A DNA stretch of 64,000 nt, taken from positions 759-64,758 of the forward strand of contig JAICWC010000001.1 in assembly GCA_025934995.1 (NCBI GenBank). Direction: 5' to 3'. Numbering within the stretch: position 1 is the first letter of the stretch; each line of letters begins with the position of its first letter. The notes beneath the pieces are model-generated. The model saw only the letters and a list, made by a program, of their open reading frames with translations. It did no database searches and was not told the origin of the DNA. A program made the position numbers and the translations under genes. Source of the stretch: Thermoleophilia bacterium. Lineage in GTDB: Bacteria > Actinomycetota > Thermoleophilia > Gaiellales > Gaiellaceae. Shown one piece after another: positions 47,820 through 55,685 of the stretch.

Positions 47820-48235
47820 GCTGGGTCACCGACGAGTTGTGGGCACCGGTGACGGCGGTGTCCGCGGAGCACGAGGGACGCGCGAGCGGCCTCATCTGCT
47901 CGACGGCGGTCTCGTCGTCGCTCGACCCCGAGCACGAGCGGGTCGTGCTGCAGTTGCGCAAGGACAACCTGACGCACGAGCTCGCGCTGGCGTCGGGCGC
48001 CTTCACGCTCCACCTGCTGCGGCGCGACCAGCAGGAGTTGTTTCGCTTCCTCGCGCTCGACACGGGACCGCCGTACGAGGAGACGCTCGCGCGTGCCGAC
48101 TGCCGCGTCGTCGCGACGCTCGACGCCGGGGACTCGACGGTGATCCTCGCCGACGTCGTCGCGGCGGGACGCCGGGCAGGCGAGGCGTTCACCGAGGCCG
48201 ACATCGTCTGGGACGACGCTCTACGCGGGGTTTGA
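47816..48235 (+). CDS. flavin reductase-like (split-barrel) domain protein
   Basis: GTG 47816 (GTGA overlap). PVTAVSAEHEGRASGLICSTAVSSSLDPEHERVVLQL...GAFTLHLLRRDQQELFRFLA. Confidence 0.6.
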   Translation: MSWVTDELWAPVTAVSAEHEGRASGLICSTAVSSSLDPEHERVVLQLRKDNLTHELALASGAFTLHLLRRDQQELFRFLALDTGPPYEETLARADCRVVATLDAGDSTVILADVVAAGRRAGEAFTEADIVWDDALRGV

Positions 48236-48934
48236 GGCGACGAACACCGCGGTCGACGCTGTGACCGTGCGGGTGGCGTCGAAATCGGGCACACGATCTG
48301 CGAGGTGCCGGTGCGCAACCGAGTTGCCGACATAGCGGCGCATGTCCTCGGCCGTCATTTCGATCGTTGCCGGCAGGTCGATTGTTCGCACCGAGGCGAA
48401 GTGTCGGGACAGGTGGCCGGCGCCGTTCTCGACCATGAAGATGCCCGCCGTCTCCGTCCAGCGGTCGCGGCCGACGAGCTGCCACATCTCCTGCATGTGC
48501 GTCCTGCCGTTGGTCGTCGCGACGAGCGCCGGAGCAACGCGTGCGAGCTCGGCGAGGCCACGGTCGAGGTCGGGGACGTGGTACAGCATGAAGTTCGCGA
48601 CGGTGACGTCGAACTCTCCGTCGGCGAACGGAAGCTCTTGCACATCTCCGACCTGCGCGCGGACACCGAGCCTGCGGGTGAGCTCGATCATCCGTTCCGA
48701 CTGGTCGATCGCGACGACGTCGAGCCCGGCGCCGAGGAGCCGCGCTGCGAAGCCTCCCGTCCCGCACCCGACCTCGAGAACACGACGAGGCCGGAGAGCG
48801 ACGACCTCGTCGAATGCCACGTCAGGTGGGTTCGGGTCGCGGTCCGCCCAGATCGAGAAGCGCGCGAGGAACCGGGACTCGTCCGCGTACTCGCTGCGGA
48901 CGAGGTCAGGATCGTTTTGCGGGCGCGCCTTCAT
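48221..48934 (-). CDS. class I SAM-dependent methyltransferase
   Basis: VLEVGCGTGGFAARLL, VVAIDQSERMI and FDVTVANFMLYHV. Confidence 0.8.
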   Translation of the reverse strand: MKARPQNDPDLVRSEYADESRFLARFSIWADRDPNPPDVAFDEVVALRPRRVLEVGCGTGGFAARLLGAGLDVVAIDQSERMIELTRRLGVRAQVGDVQELPFADGEFDVTVANFMLYHVPDLDRGLAELARVAPALVATTNGRTHMQEMWQLVGRDRWTETAGIFMVENGAGHLSRHFASVRTIDLPATIEMTAEDMRRYVGNSVAHRHLADRVPDFDATRTVTASTAVFVASNPA

Positions 48935-49670
48935 CGGCCGCGATCTCGTCCCGGATCTTCTCGAGCGAGCGGCGGATGAGCCGCGAGACGTGCATCTGCG
49001 AGATCCCGACCTGCTGCGCGATCTGCGATTGCGTCAAGCCGTCGAAAAAGCGGAGCTGCAGGATGTGCCGCTCGCGTTCGTCGAGGACGCGGAAGCCCGG
49101 CGCCAGCACGGCGCGGTCCTCCGAGACCTCGTACTGGTGCTCCTCGGTGCCGATCGACTCGAGTGGGTCGAGGTCGTCTTCGCCGTCGCCGCCGCTGCCG
49201 GTCGAGAGCGAGAGCGACGAATAGGCACGGCCCGACTCGAGCGCCTCCAGCACTTCTTCCTCCTGCGCCCCCGCGGCCTGCGCGAGCTCGGGAATCGTCG
49301 GCGAGCGGCCGAGCTGCACCGTCAGCGTCTCCATCAACCGCGACAGCTGGACGTTCAGCTCCTGCAGGCCGCGCGGCACGCGCACCGCCCAGCCCTTGTC
49401 GCGGAAATGGCGCTTGATCTCGCCGATGATGTTGGGCGTCGCATACGTCGTCAGCTCGACGCCGCGCTCGAGATCGAAACGATCGATCGCCTTGATCAGG
49501 CCGATCGCGCCGATCTGGACGAGATCCTCGAGCTGCTCACCGCGATACGAGTAGCGCCGCGCGAGCGATCGCACGAGCGACATGTACTGCTCGATCAGCT
49601 GCTCGCGTGCTTGGAGATCGCCTTCCTCGTGGTAGCGGCGGAGCAGGATCTTGTCGTCGATGCGGGTCAT
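48906..49670 (-). CDS. RNA polymerase sigma factor, SigB/SigF/SigG group
   Basis: ATG 49670 (ATGA overlap). Region 2: DLVQIGAIGLIKAIDRFD...TYATPNIIGEIKRHFRD. Region 4: TQSQIAQQVGISQMHVSRL. Confidence 0.9.
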   Translation of the reverse strand: MTRIDDKILLRRYHEEGDLQAREQLIEQYMSLVRSLARRYSYRGEQLEDLVQIGAIGLIKAIDRFDLERGVELTTYATPNIIGEIKRHFRDKGWAVRVPRGLQELNVQLSRLMETLTVQLGRSPTIPELAQAAGAQEEEVLEALESGRAYSSLSLSTGSGGDGEDDLDPLESIGTEEHQYEVSEDRAVLAPGFRVLDERERHILQLRFFDGLTQSQIAQQVGISQMHVSRLIRRSLEKIRDEIAADEGAPAKRS

Positions 49671-50023
49671 CCGGCTACCTGCTTCGTGAGCTCCACGTAC
49701 CCGCCGTCGACGGCGACTCCGTCGCAGACCGTCTCGAGCACGTGACGCGGTTCGAGCCCGCCGGGCCCTTCGTCGAGCTGCGCGAGCGCGTCGGCGTCGA
49801 ACGGCCCGACCTTCGCGCGCACATGACCGTCTTCGACGCACATCGTCACCGTGATGTCGTCATCGTCCTCGCGAATCCCGAGCACGGTGTCGAACGCGAC
49901 CTGCAGATCTTCGAGATGCTCGAATGTGATGTCGCGCCGTGCCGCAAGACCGCCCACGACGAGGTTCGCGATGTGCCGGAAGTCCGCCTGCGCGGGCAGC
50001 GTCAGCTGGATCTCGTCCGTCAC
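49667..50023 (-). CDS. RsbW/SpoIIAB-like anti-sigma factor homologue with degenerate ATP-binding motifs
   Basis: GTG start (GTGA overlap). IQLTLPAQADFRHIANLVVGGLAARRDITFEHLEDLQVAF parallels the RsbW N-terminus. It lies immediately upstream of the sigma factor gene. Confidence 0.5.
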   Translation of the reverse strand: MTDEIQLTLPAQADFRHIANLVVGGLAARRDITFEHLEDLQVAFDTVLGIREDDDDITVTMCVEDGHVRAKVGPFDADALAQLDEGPGGLEPRHVLETVCDGVAVDGGYVELTKQVAG

Positions 50024-50481
50024 GACGGTTCCCCCGCCTCGGCCAGCTCCTCACCGAGCTCCTGCTCGCGCCGCGCGGCGGCAGCTTTGCCTGCCTGGAC
50101 GGCATGTCGCCAGCTGCGTTTGGTCTTGAAGTCGGCGGCGCCGTAGCTGACCCCGGCCGCGAAGCCGGACACTTTCTGCACCGGTCGCGTCACCGCCATG
50201 CTGACCGCACGCACCGCAGTGTCGACGCTCTCGGCAGCGTCGACTGCGCTATCGGTGATCCGATCGACCTTGTCGAGTTGGCCGTTCACCCGATCCACAC
50301 TGCCTCCGACCTTGTTGATCACGGGTAGCACCTCTTGCTCCGCCCCCCTGATGAACGCCGAAAGCCGCGCAACGGTTCCGCCCAGCCGGACGAGGAGATA
50401 CGCGGCCGACAGGCCGACCGAGAGCAGGAAGACGGCGAGCGCCAGCCTCCAGAGGTCCCCCCACGTGAATGCGACCAGCAT
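50020..50481 (-). CDS. DUF948 domain-containing membrane protein
   Basis: An N-terminal TM helix followed by a helical region: LSAFIRGAEQEVLPVINKVGGSVDRVNGQLDKVDRITDSAV. Confidence 0.75.
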   Translation of the reverse strand: MLVAFTWGDLWRLALAVFLLSVGLSAAYLLVRLGGTVARLSAFIRGAEQEVLPVINKVGGSVDRVNGQLDKVDRITDSAVDAAESVDTAVRAVSMAVTRPVQKVSGFAAGVSYGAADFKTKRSWRHAVQAGKAAAARREQELGEELAEAGEPS

Positions 50482-50493
50482 CCGGCGCGGATC

Positions 50494-51735
50494 CTAGATG
50501 ACGCCGCAGCCGACGACGGCGTCGCCCTCGTAGAGAACGGCCGCCTGCCCGCGTGCGACACCGAACGCCGGCTCGTCGAGCTCGAGCGAGAAACCGCCCG
50601 GTGCGCGCGTCACGTGCGCGCCGACGGCTGCCGACCGGTAACGGAGCTTCACGTCGACGCGGTCGACGTCGACGTACAGAGAGCCCGACGCGGAAACCTG
50701 CGTGCGCGCGAGTGCAGCGCGCTCCCCCACCACGACCGTGTTCGTGCGCGCGTCGGAGTCGATCACGTAGAGCGGCTTCGCGGCCGACACGCCGATTCCC
50801 TTCCGCTGCCCGGGCGTGAAGGTCCAATGCCCGTCGTGCGTCCCGAGTTGCACACCGCTCCCGTCGACGATCGCCCCGGTGCGCGGCGCAACGCCCTGTC
50901 GCGAAAGGAACGCGCGGTAATCGTCACCCGCGAGGAAGCACGCCTCCTGGCTCTCCGCGCGGGTCGCGGCCGCCAGCCCTTCGAGCGCGGCTTCGGCACG
51001 TGTCGCCTCCTTGTCCTGCTCGCCGAGCGGGAACCAGACGCGGTCGAGTCGGCGCGGATCGAGGCGCGCGAGCATGTACGACTGGTCCTTCTGCGAGTCG
51101 ACGCCGCGGTGCAGGAGCGTCCTGCCCCGATGCTCGGCGATACGAGCGTAGTGCCCCGTCGCGAGCCGGTCGCAGCCGGCGCGCTTCGCGAACGCGAGCA
51201 GCTCCGCAAACCGGAAGCCACCGTTGCAGCGAATGCACGGGTTCGGCGTCTCGCCGCGTGCGTAGCCGCGGACGAACGGGGTGACCACCGCTCGCCGGAA
51301 CTCCTCACGCAGGTCGAGCGTCACGTGTGGCAGACCAAGCCGGTGACACGTCTCGCGCGCCGCGATCACCGCTTCAGGCGAGCAGCACGCACGGTCGGCA
51401 GCGGGCCCTTCCGGATCGAGCCAGAGCCGCAGGGTCACGCCGATCGCGTTCGGTGCGGCACGCAGGAGCGCGACTGCGCTGTCGACGCCGCCGCTCATCG
51501 CCACGGCGACACGTCCGGCACGCGGCTCGGCGACGAAGATCGGGCCGAGCGCGTTCGCGAGCGCGTCGGTCGCGAGCGTCTCGCCGTCGACGGCCGCCGC
51601 TTCGAGCAGCGTCAGTCCGCGCAGGTCGCGCGTGAGGCCCGGTGCGTCCGCTTCGACGATCCGGTCGCCGTCGACGAGCAGACGCACGGCGGCCCACTCG
51701 CCGTCGCGAGTCGAGTCACCGAACGCTTCGATCAT
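50494..51735 (-). CDS. mnmA: tRNA 2-thiouridine(34) synthase MnmA with a ~74-aa N-terminal extension
   Basis: RVAVAMSGGVDSAVA (PP-loop) begins near residue 75. NPCIRCN, HYAR and KDQSYML are also present. Confidence 0.9.
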   Translation of the reverse strand: MIEAFGDSTRDGEWAAVRLLVDGDRIVEADAPGLTRDLRGLTLLEAAAVDGETLATDALANALGPIFVAEPRAGRVAVAMSGGVDSAVALLRAAPNAIGVTLRLWLDPEGPAADRACCSPEAVIAARETCHRLGLPHVTLDLREEFRRAVVTPFVRGYARGETPNPCIRCNGGFRFAELLAFAKRAGCDRLATGHYARIAEHRGRTLLHRGVDSQKDQSYMLARLDPRRLDRVWFPLGEQDKEATRAEAALEGLAAATRAESQEACFLAGDDYRAFLSRQGVAPRTGAIVDGSGVQLGTHDGHWTFTPGQRKGIGVSAAKPLYVIDSDARTNTVVVGERAALARTQVSASGSLYVDVDRVDVKLRYRSAAVGAHVTRAPGGFSLELDEPAFGVARGQAAVLYEGDAVVGCGVI

Positions 51736-51764
51736 GCAAAGAAGGTAGCTCCACCCTGCCGTTT

Positions 51765-51871
51765 GCTTCCGGGCGATGTGAACCTGGTTTCCCAGGTGGG
51801 TGCCTAGCCCGGGTTAGCGGGACGTCGGCTCCCTTGACGTAGGCGTTGGTTCTACATCGGAGCCCGGAAGC
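51765..51871 (-). ncRNA. candidate structured RNA / 5' leader element upstream of mnmA (class unknown)
   Basis: A 10-bp closing helix (GCTTCCGGGC at 51765-51774 pairs with GCCCGGAAGC at 51862-51871) encloses three hairpins. One of them reads ACCUGG-GAAA-CCAGGU (a GNRA loop) on the minus strand. It lies in a 169-nt non-coding gap. Confidence 0.35.
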
Positions 51872-51904
51872 TCGCACAGGGTCGAGCCACACGCAATGTA
51901 TCGC

Positions 51905-52306
51905 CTATCTGGCAAACCGCCACTGGATCCGCTGCGTTCCTTCCAGACCCAGAAGCTTCGCCAGCGACTGCGTGACGTCGAATTCGCGGCCGGGCGGCAT
52001 GTGCCCTCGGTCGACGACCTGCGTCAGCACCTGCTTGCCGTTGAACTGGACGTAGAGCTTGACGCCGCACGGGAGCACCGCATGGGCCACGCCGGTCGTG
52101 TTCGGTCCGATCTTGATGCCGCACGCGCCGGTCTTCGTCTTCGCCGACGGCGTGTACGGCGCGGCGAATGCCGTGTACCACTGACCCGCTGCCTGCGGCA
52201 GCGGAGCGCTGCTCTTGTGGCGGTGGTTGACGGCGAGCGCGACGACGAGCGCGACGAGCGCGACACCGCCGAGCGTGGCCGCGCGCAGGCCGATCGTCGT
52301 GGTCAC
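51905..52306 (-). CDS. RlpA-like double-psi beta-barrel (DPBB) protein
   Basis: GTG 52306 (GTGA overlap). A TM anchor, then TGACGIKIGPNTTGVAHAVLPCGVKLYVQFNGKQVLTQVVDRGHMPPGREFDVTQSLAKLLG. Confidence 0.8.
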   Translation of the reverse strand: MTTTIGLRAATLGGVALVALVVALAVNHRHKSSAPLPQAAGQWYTAFAAPYTPSAKTKTGACGIKIGPNTTGVAHAVLPCGVKLYVQFNGKQVLTQVVDRGHMPPGREFDVTQSLAKLLGLEGTQRIQWRFAR

Positions 52307-52941
52307 CGCGCCCCGACCAGGTCGCCGAAGCTGTCGCGCACGAGCCCGTCGAAGTCGATCGGCAGCACACCGTCCGGCCCCGCGAAGTCGCGCAGGTACA
52401 TGAGGAGGAACGAACGCTCCTCGTCGCGTGCCTCGTCGTGTCCCGAGTGCTCGCGCGACAGACGCTCGAGATCCCAGAGGTTCCACTCCCGGGGCGACGC
52501 GCCGACGCCGATGGGGACGACGACCGGGTCGGGCTCCACGGCGGCGGGCTCGGGCTGTGGCTCCGCCTCCGCCTCGGGCTCGGGCTCGGGCTCGGGGTCT
52601 GGCACCGGCTGGAGGACGCGCGGGGCCTCCGGTTCCGGCTCCGGCTCGGGCTCGGGCTCTTCGAGTGCGACGGGGATCGGCTCGGGCTCCGCGGCCGGTG
52701 CCGGCGGCAGGACGCGCACCGTCTCGCGCGGCGGCGCCGGGGTCGGCGTCTCGACCGGTGGGCGCCGACGCGACGGCTGTGCGCGGCCGAGATACGCCTC
52801 GAGAACGAACACCGCGAGGTACGCAACGCCGCTCGCAGCGATGATCACGGCCGGCGACTGGCCCGCAGAGAGCGCGATCACCGGCACGGCGACGAGCACC
52901 ACGGCCTCGACGGCGGTCCTCGGCCCGAACACCTTCTTCAT
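52303..52941 (-). CDS. membrane protein with a Pro/Glu-repeat linker, unknown function
   Basis: Two N-terminal TM helices, then (EP)n/(PE)n tracts and a C-terminal globular part (REWNLWDLERLSREHSGHDEARDEERSFLLMYLRDFAGPDG). Confidence 0.7.
   Translation of the reverse strand: MKKVFGPRTAVEAVVLVAVPVIALSAGQSPAVIIAASGVAYLAVFVLEAYLGRAQPSRRRPPVETPTPAPPRETVRVLPPAPAAEPEPIPVALEEPEPEPEPEPEAPRVLQPVPDPEPEPEPEAEAEPQPEPAAVEPDPVVVPIGVGASPREWNLWDLERLSREHSGHDEARDEERSFLLMYLRDFAGPDGVLPIDFDGLVRDSFGDLVGAR
52547..52662. repeat. imperfect hexanucleotide (GGCTCS)n tracts encoding the Pro-Glu repeats
   Basis: Runs such as ggctcgggctcgggctcgggg and ggctccggctcgggctcgggctc are visible in the sequence. Confidence 0.7.
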
Positions 52942-52950
52942 GCGCGCTGC

Positions 52951-53895
52951 CTAGGTCTCGGAGCCTTCGTCCTCGGAGGACGACGGAGGTGGGGAGACAG
53001 GCGGGGGCGGCGCAGCCTGCGGCGGCGGCGGCGGCGTCGATACTGCAGGCGGTTCCTCGGCGGCCGGAGCCTCCGGCTCGGGCTCGCTCACGGGCGGCGT
53101 CGGCACTGCCGCGGGGCCGGCGAGGGCAGCGGCGGGCGCGTGCGCGGGCGGCGGAGATTGGCGTTCGCTGACCTGCTCGGCGGCGCGGACGATCGCCGTC
53201 GCCACCTGCGAGATGGCGTCTTCGCCGAGCCCGGCGGCGGCGAGCAGCTGCTCGGCGCCGTGCTGGGCGCGGGCGAGAATCGTGGAGGCCTGTGCGCGCG
53301 CCCACTCGAGCGTCTGCTCGACCTCGGCGCGGGCGGCGTTCGTGAGCTCGGTCGCCTGATGGCGGGACTGCTCGAGAAGCCGGTTCCCACGAGCCTCGGC
53401 CTCCTGCATCTCCCGCGTCGCGTCGGCGTGCGCCTTCGCCAGCAGGTCGCGGGCCTCGTTCCGCGCGGCGTTCAGCATCTCGGCGCGCTGGCGCTCGCTC
53501 TCCTGCCGGTACCGCTCGACCTCGGCCTCGCGCGCCTGCAGCTCCTCCTGCCGGCGGCGCACTTCCTCCTCGGTCTTGCCGAGCTGCGTCGCCGAGGCGG
53601 TCTGAGCATCGCGCTCGATCGTGTCGGCGAACTCGGCGGCCGCCCGGATCAAGTGCAGCGCGTCCATGCGGACGGCGTGCCCGGTCGGCTCGACGTTCGG
53701 CCCGGGGCGCGTGCCGGCGGCTTGCAGGACCCGCAGCTGTGCCTGCAGCTGCGCGGTGTGGCGGCGGAAGGCGTCGAAGGCTTCGCGGACGCGGTCCGCG
53801 TCGAGGCCGTCCCCGCTGCGGGGAATGTCCTCGTACCGCGGTAGCGAGGTCAGGGCAGGTGCGCCCGCCGCCGGTCCGGGTCCCTCGGTCGCCAT
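52951..53895 (-). CDS. DivIVA-domain-like coiled-coil protein with a Pro-rich tail
   Basis: AAGGAGG is upstream of ATG 53895. GLDADRVREAFDAFRRHTAQLQAQL resembles the DivIVA N-terminal motif. A long Glu/Arg/Ala coiled coil follows, with a PPPP-rich C-terminus. Confidence 0.65.
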   Translation of the reverse strand: MATEGPGPAAGAPALTSLPRYEDIPRSGDGLDADRVREAFDAFRRHTAQLQAQLRVLQAAGTRPGPNVEPTGHAVRMDALHLIRAAAEFADTIERDAQTASATQLGKTEEEVRRRQEELQAREAEVERYRQESERQRAEMLNAARNEARDLLAKAHADATREMQEAEARGNRLLEQSRHQATELTNAARAEVEQTLEWARAQASTILARAQHGAEQLLAAAGLGEDAISQVATAIVRAAEQVSERQSPPPAHAPAAALAGPAAVPTPPVSEPEPEAPAAEEPPAVSTPPPPPQAAPPPPVSPPPSSSEDEGSET

Positions 53896-53957
53896 TCTCG
53901 TTTGCCTCCTTGACTACGCGTAGGCGCGCTGCGGCGCGCTCAGGAAGTATGACTTCT

Positions 53958-55685
53958 CTATCGGTCGTCCGGTGCCTGCGCCTGAAGCGCGCGGATTCCT
54001 AGCTCTTTCAACACGGAATCCGGCATCGGCGTCGGCCCGCCGGTGAGCGGATCGGAGCCGCTCGCGATCTTCGGGAACGCGACGATCTGGCGGAGGTCCG
54101 GCTCGCCCGCCATGCGCGTCACGAACCGTTCGATGCCCATCGCGAAACCGCCGTGCGGCGGCGCGCCCATCGCGAGCGCCTCGAGCAGGAAGCCGAACTT
54201 CGCGTGTTGCTCCTCCTCCGGCATGCCCATGACGCGGAACACCGCCTGCTGCATGTCGGCGTCGTGGATCCGGATCGACCCGGAGCCGAGCTCCCACCCG
54301 TTCCAGATCAGGTCGTAGTGCTGGCTCAGCGCAGAGCCCGGGTCGGCTTCGAAGCCCTCGTGGCCGGGCATCGGGGCGGTGAACGGGTGGTGCAGGAACG
54401 TCCACTGGCCCGTGTCCTCGTCGCGCTCGAACAGCGGGAAGTCGACGATCCAGTGGAAGAGCTCCTCCCCCGTCTCCATCAGCTCGAGCTCGCGCGCGAG
54501 GTGGAGGCGCAGGCCCCCGAGCACGCGCGACACGGTCGCTTCCTCGTCCGCGACGAAGAGCGCCGTGTTCCCCGGCTGCGGCTGCAACTGCTTCAGCTCG
54601 TCCTCGGAGAGGTACTTCGCGATCGGCGAGCGGAGCTCGCCGCCGTCGTTCACGAGATACGCGAGTCCCTTCGCGCCCCACTCCTTCGCGATCTCCTCGA
54701 GGCGACCGAGCTCGGCGCGCGAGTACGCGCGCGGCGCGACGATGTAGCGGACGGTCGGCGCGCTCTTGAAGACGCCGAACTCGCTCGCGCGCGTCAGCTC
54801 CGTGGCGTCCTCGATCTCGAGGCCGAAGCGGAGATCCGGCTTGTCCGAGCCGTACTTGGCCATCGCCTCCGCGTAGCCGAGGCGCGGGAACGGGCGCGGC
54901 GGCGGCTCGCGCCCTGCCGCGACGAATGCGCCGACGACCGCCTCCTCCATGACATCGAGGACGTCCTCGCGGTCGACGAACGACATCTCGAGGTCGAGCT
55001 GGCGGAACTCGAACTGCCGGTCCGCGCGGAGATCCTCGTCCCGCCAACACGTTGCGATCTGGTAGTAGCGGTCGAGACCGCCGATCATGCAGAGCTGCTT
55101 GAAGAGCTGCGGCGACTGGGCGAGCGCATAGAAGGTGCCGGGCTGCAGCCGGATCGGGACCAGGAAGTCGCGCGCCCCTTCCGGTGTGCCCTTCGTCATC
55201 GAGGGCGTCCACACGTCGACGAAGCCCATGTCGTCCATCGCGCGGCGGATGCCCGCGATCACGGTGTGGCTGAGACGCAGGTTGCGCTGCATCCGGTCGC
55301 TGCGCATGTCGAGCCAGCGGTAGCGCAGGCGCAGCACGTCGTCGACGTCATCGCCGACCTGGAACGGCAGCGGCGTCGAGCGCGAGACGATGCGCAGCGC
55401 CTCGACCCGCACCTCGATCCCGCCCGTCGACAGGTTCGGGTTGACGGCCTCCGGCGCGCGGTTCACGACCTCGCCTTCGACCTGGACGACGAACTCGTTC
55501 CGGATCTCCTTCGCGACCTCGGGCGTGTTGACGACGAGCTGCACCTTGCCGCTGAAGTCGCGCAGGTCGATGAACACCAGGCCGCCGTGGTCGCGGCGCG
55601 TGTCCACCCAGCCAGCGAGCGTCACTCTCTTGCCGACGTCCGCCTCGCTCAGTGCTCCACAGGTCGTGTCGCGCCACGAGCTCAT
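53958..55685 (-). CDS. aspS: aspartate--tRNA ligase
   Basis: GWVDTRRDHGGLVFIDLRD, FRDEDLRADRQFEFRQLD and GGFAMGIERF. Confidence 0.97.
   Translation of the reverse strand: MSSWRDTTCGALSEADVGKRVTLAGWVDTRRDHGGLVFIDLRDFSGKVQLVVNTPEVAKEIRNEFVVQVEGEVVNRAPEAVNPNLSTGGIEVRVEALRIVSRSTPLPFQVGDDVDDVLRLRYRWLDMRSDRMQRNLRLSHTVIAGIRRAMDDMGFVDVWTPSMTKGTPEGARDFLVPIRLQPGTFYALAQSPQLFKQLCMIGGLDRYYQIATCWRDEDLRADRQFEFRQLDLEMSFVDREDVLDVMEEAVVGAFVAAGREPPPRPFPRLGYAEAMAKYGSDKPDLRFGLEIEDATELTRASEFGVFKSAPTVRYIVAPRAYSRAELGRLEEIAKEWGAKGLAYLVNDGGELRSPIAKYLSEDELKQLQPQPGNTALFVADEEATVSRVLGGLRLHLARELELMETGEELFHWIVDFPLFERDEDTGQWTFLHHPFTAPMPGHEGFEADPGSALSQHYDLIWNGWELGSGSIRIHDADMQQAVFRVMGMPEEEQHAKFGFLLEALAMGAPPHGGFAMGIERFVTRMAGEPDLRQIVAFPKIASGSDPLTGGPTPMPDSVLKELGIRALQAQAPDDR

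Noticed and set aside
51736-51904. Tested the mnmA-upstream gap for known RNAs: tRNA, SRP RNA, ydaO/c-di-AMP, SAM-I/SAM-IV and c-di-GMP-I
   Set aside because: There is no T-loop (GGTTCRANYC) or tRNA arm geometry. The SRP motif GGUCCGGAAGGAAGCAGC is absent; only CCCGGAAGC is present. The ydaO blocks (GGGGUGAAUC etc.) are absent. CGCACAGGG on the plus strand matches only the first few nt of the c-di-GMP-I core and points at no downstream gene. The element is kept as an unclassified candidate.
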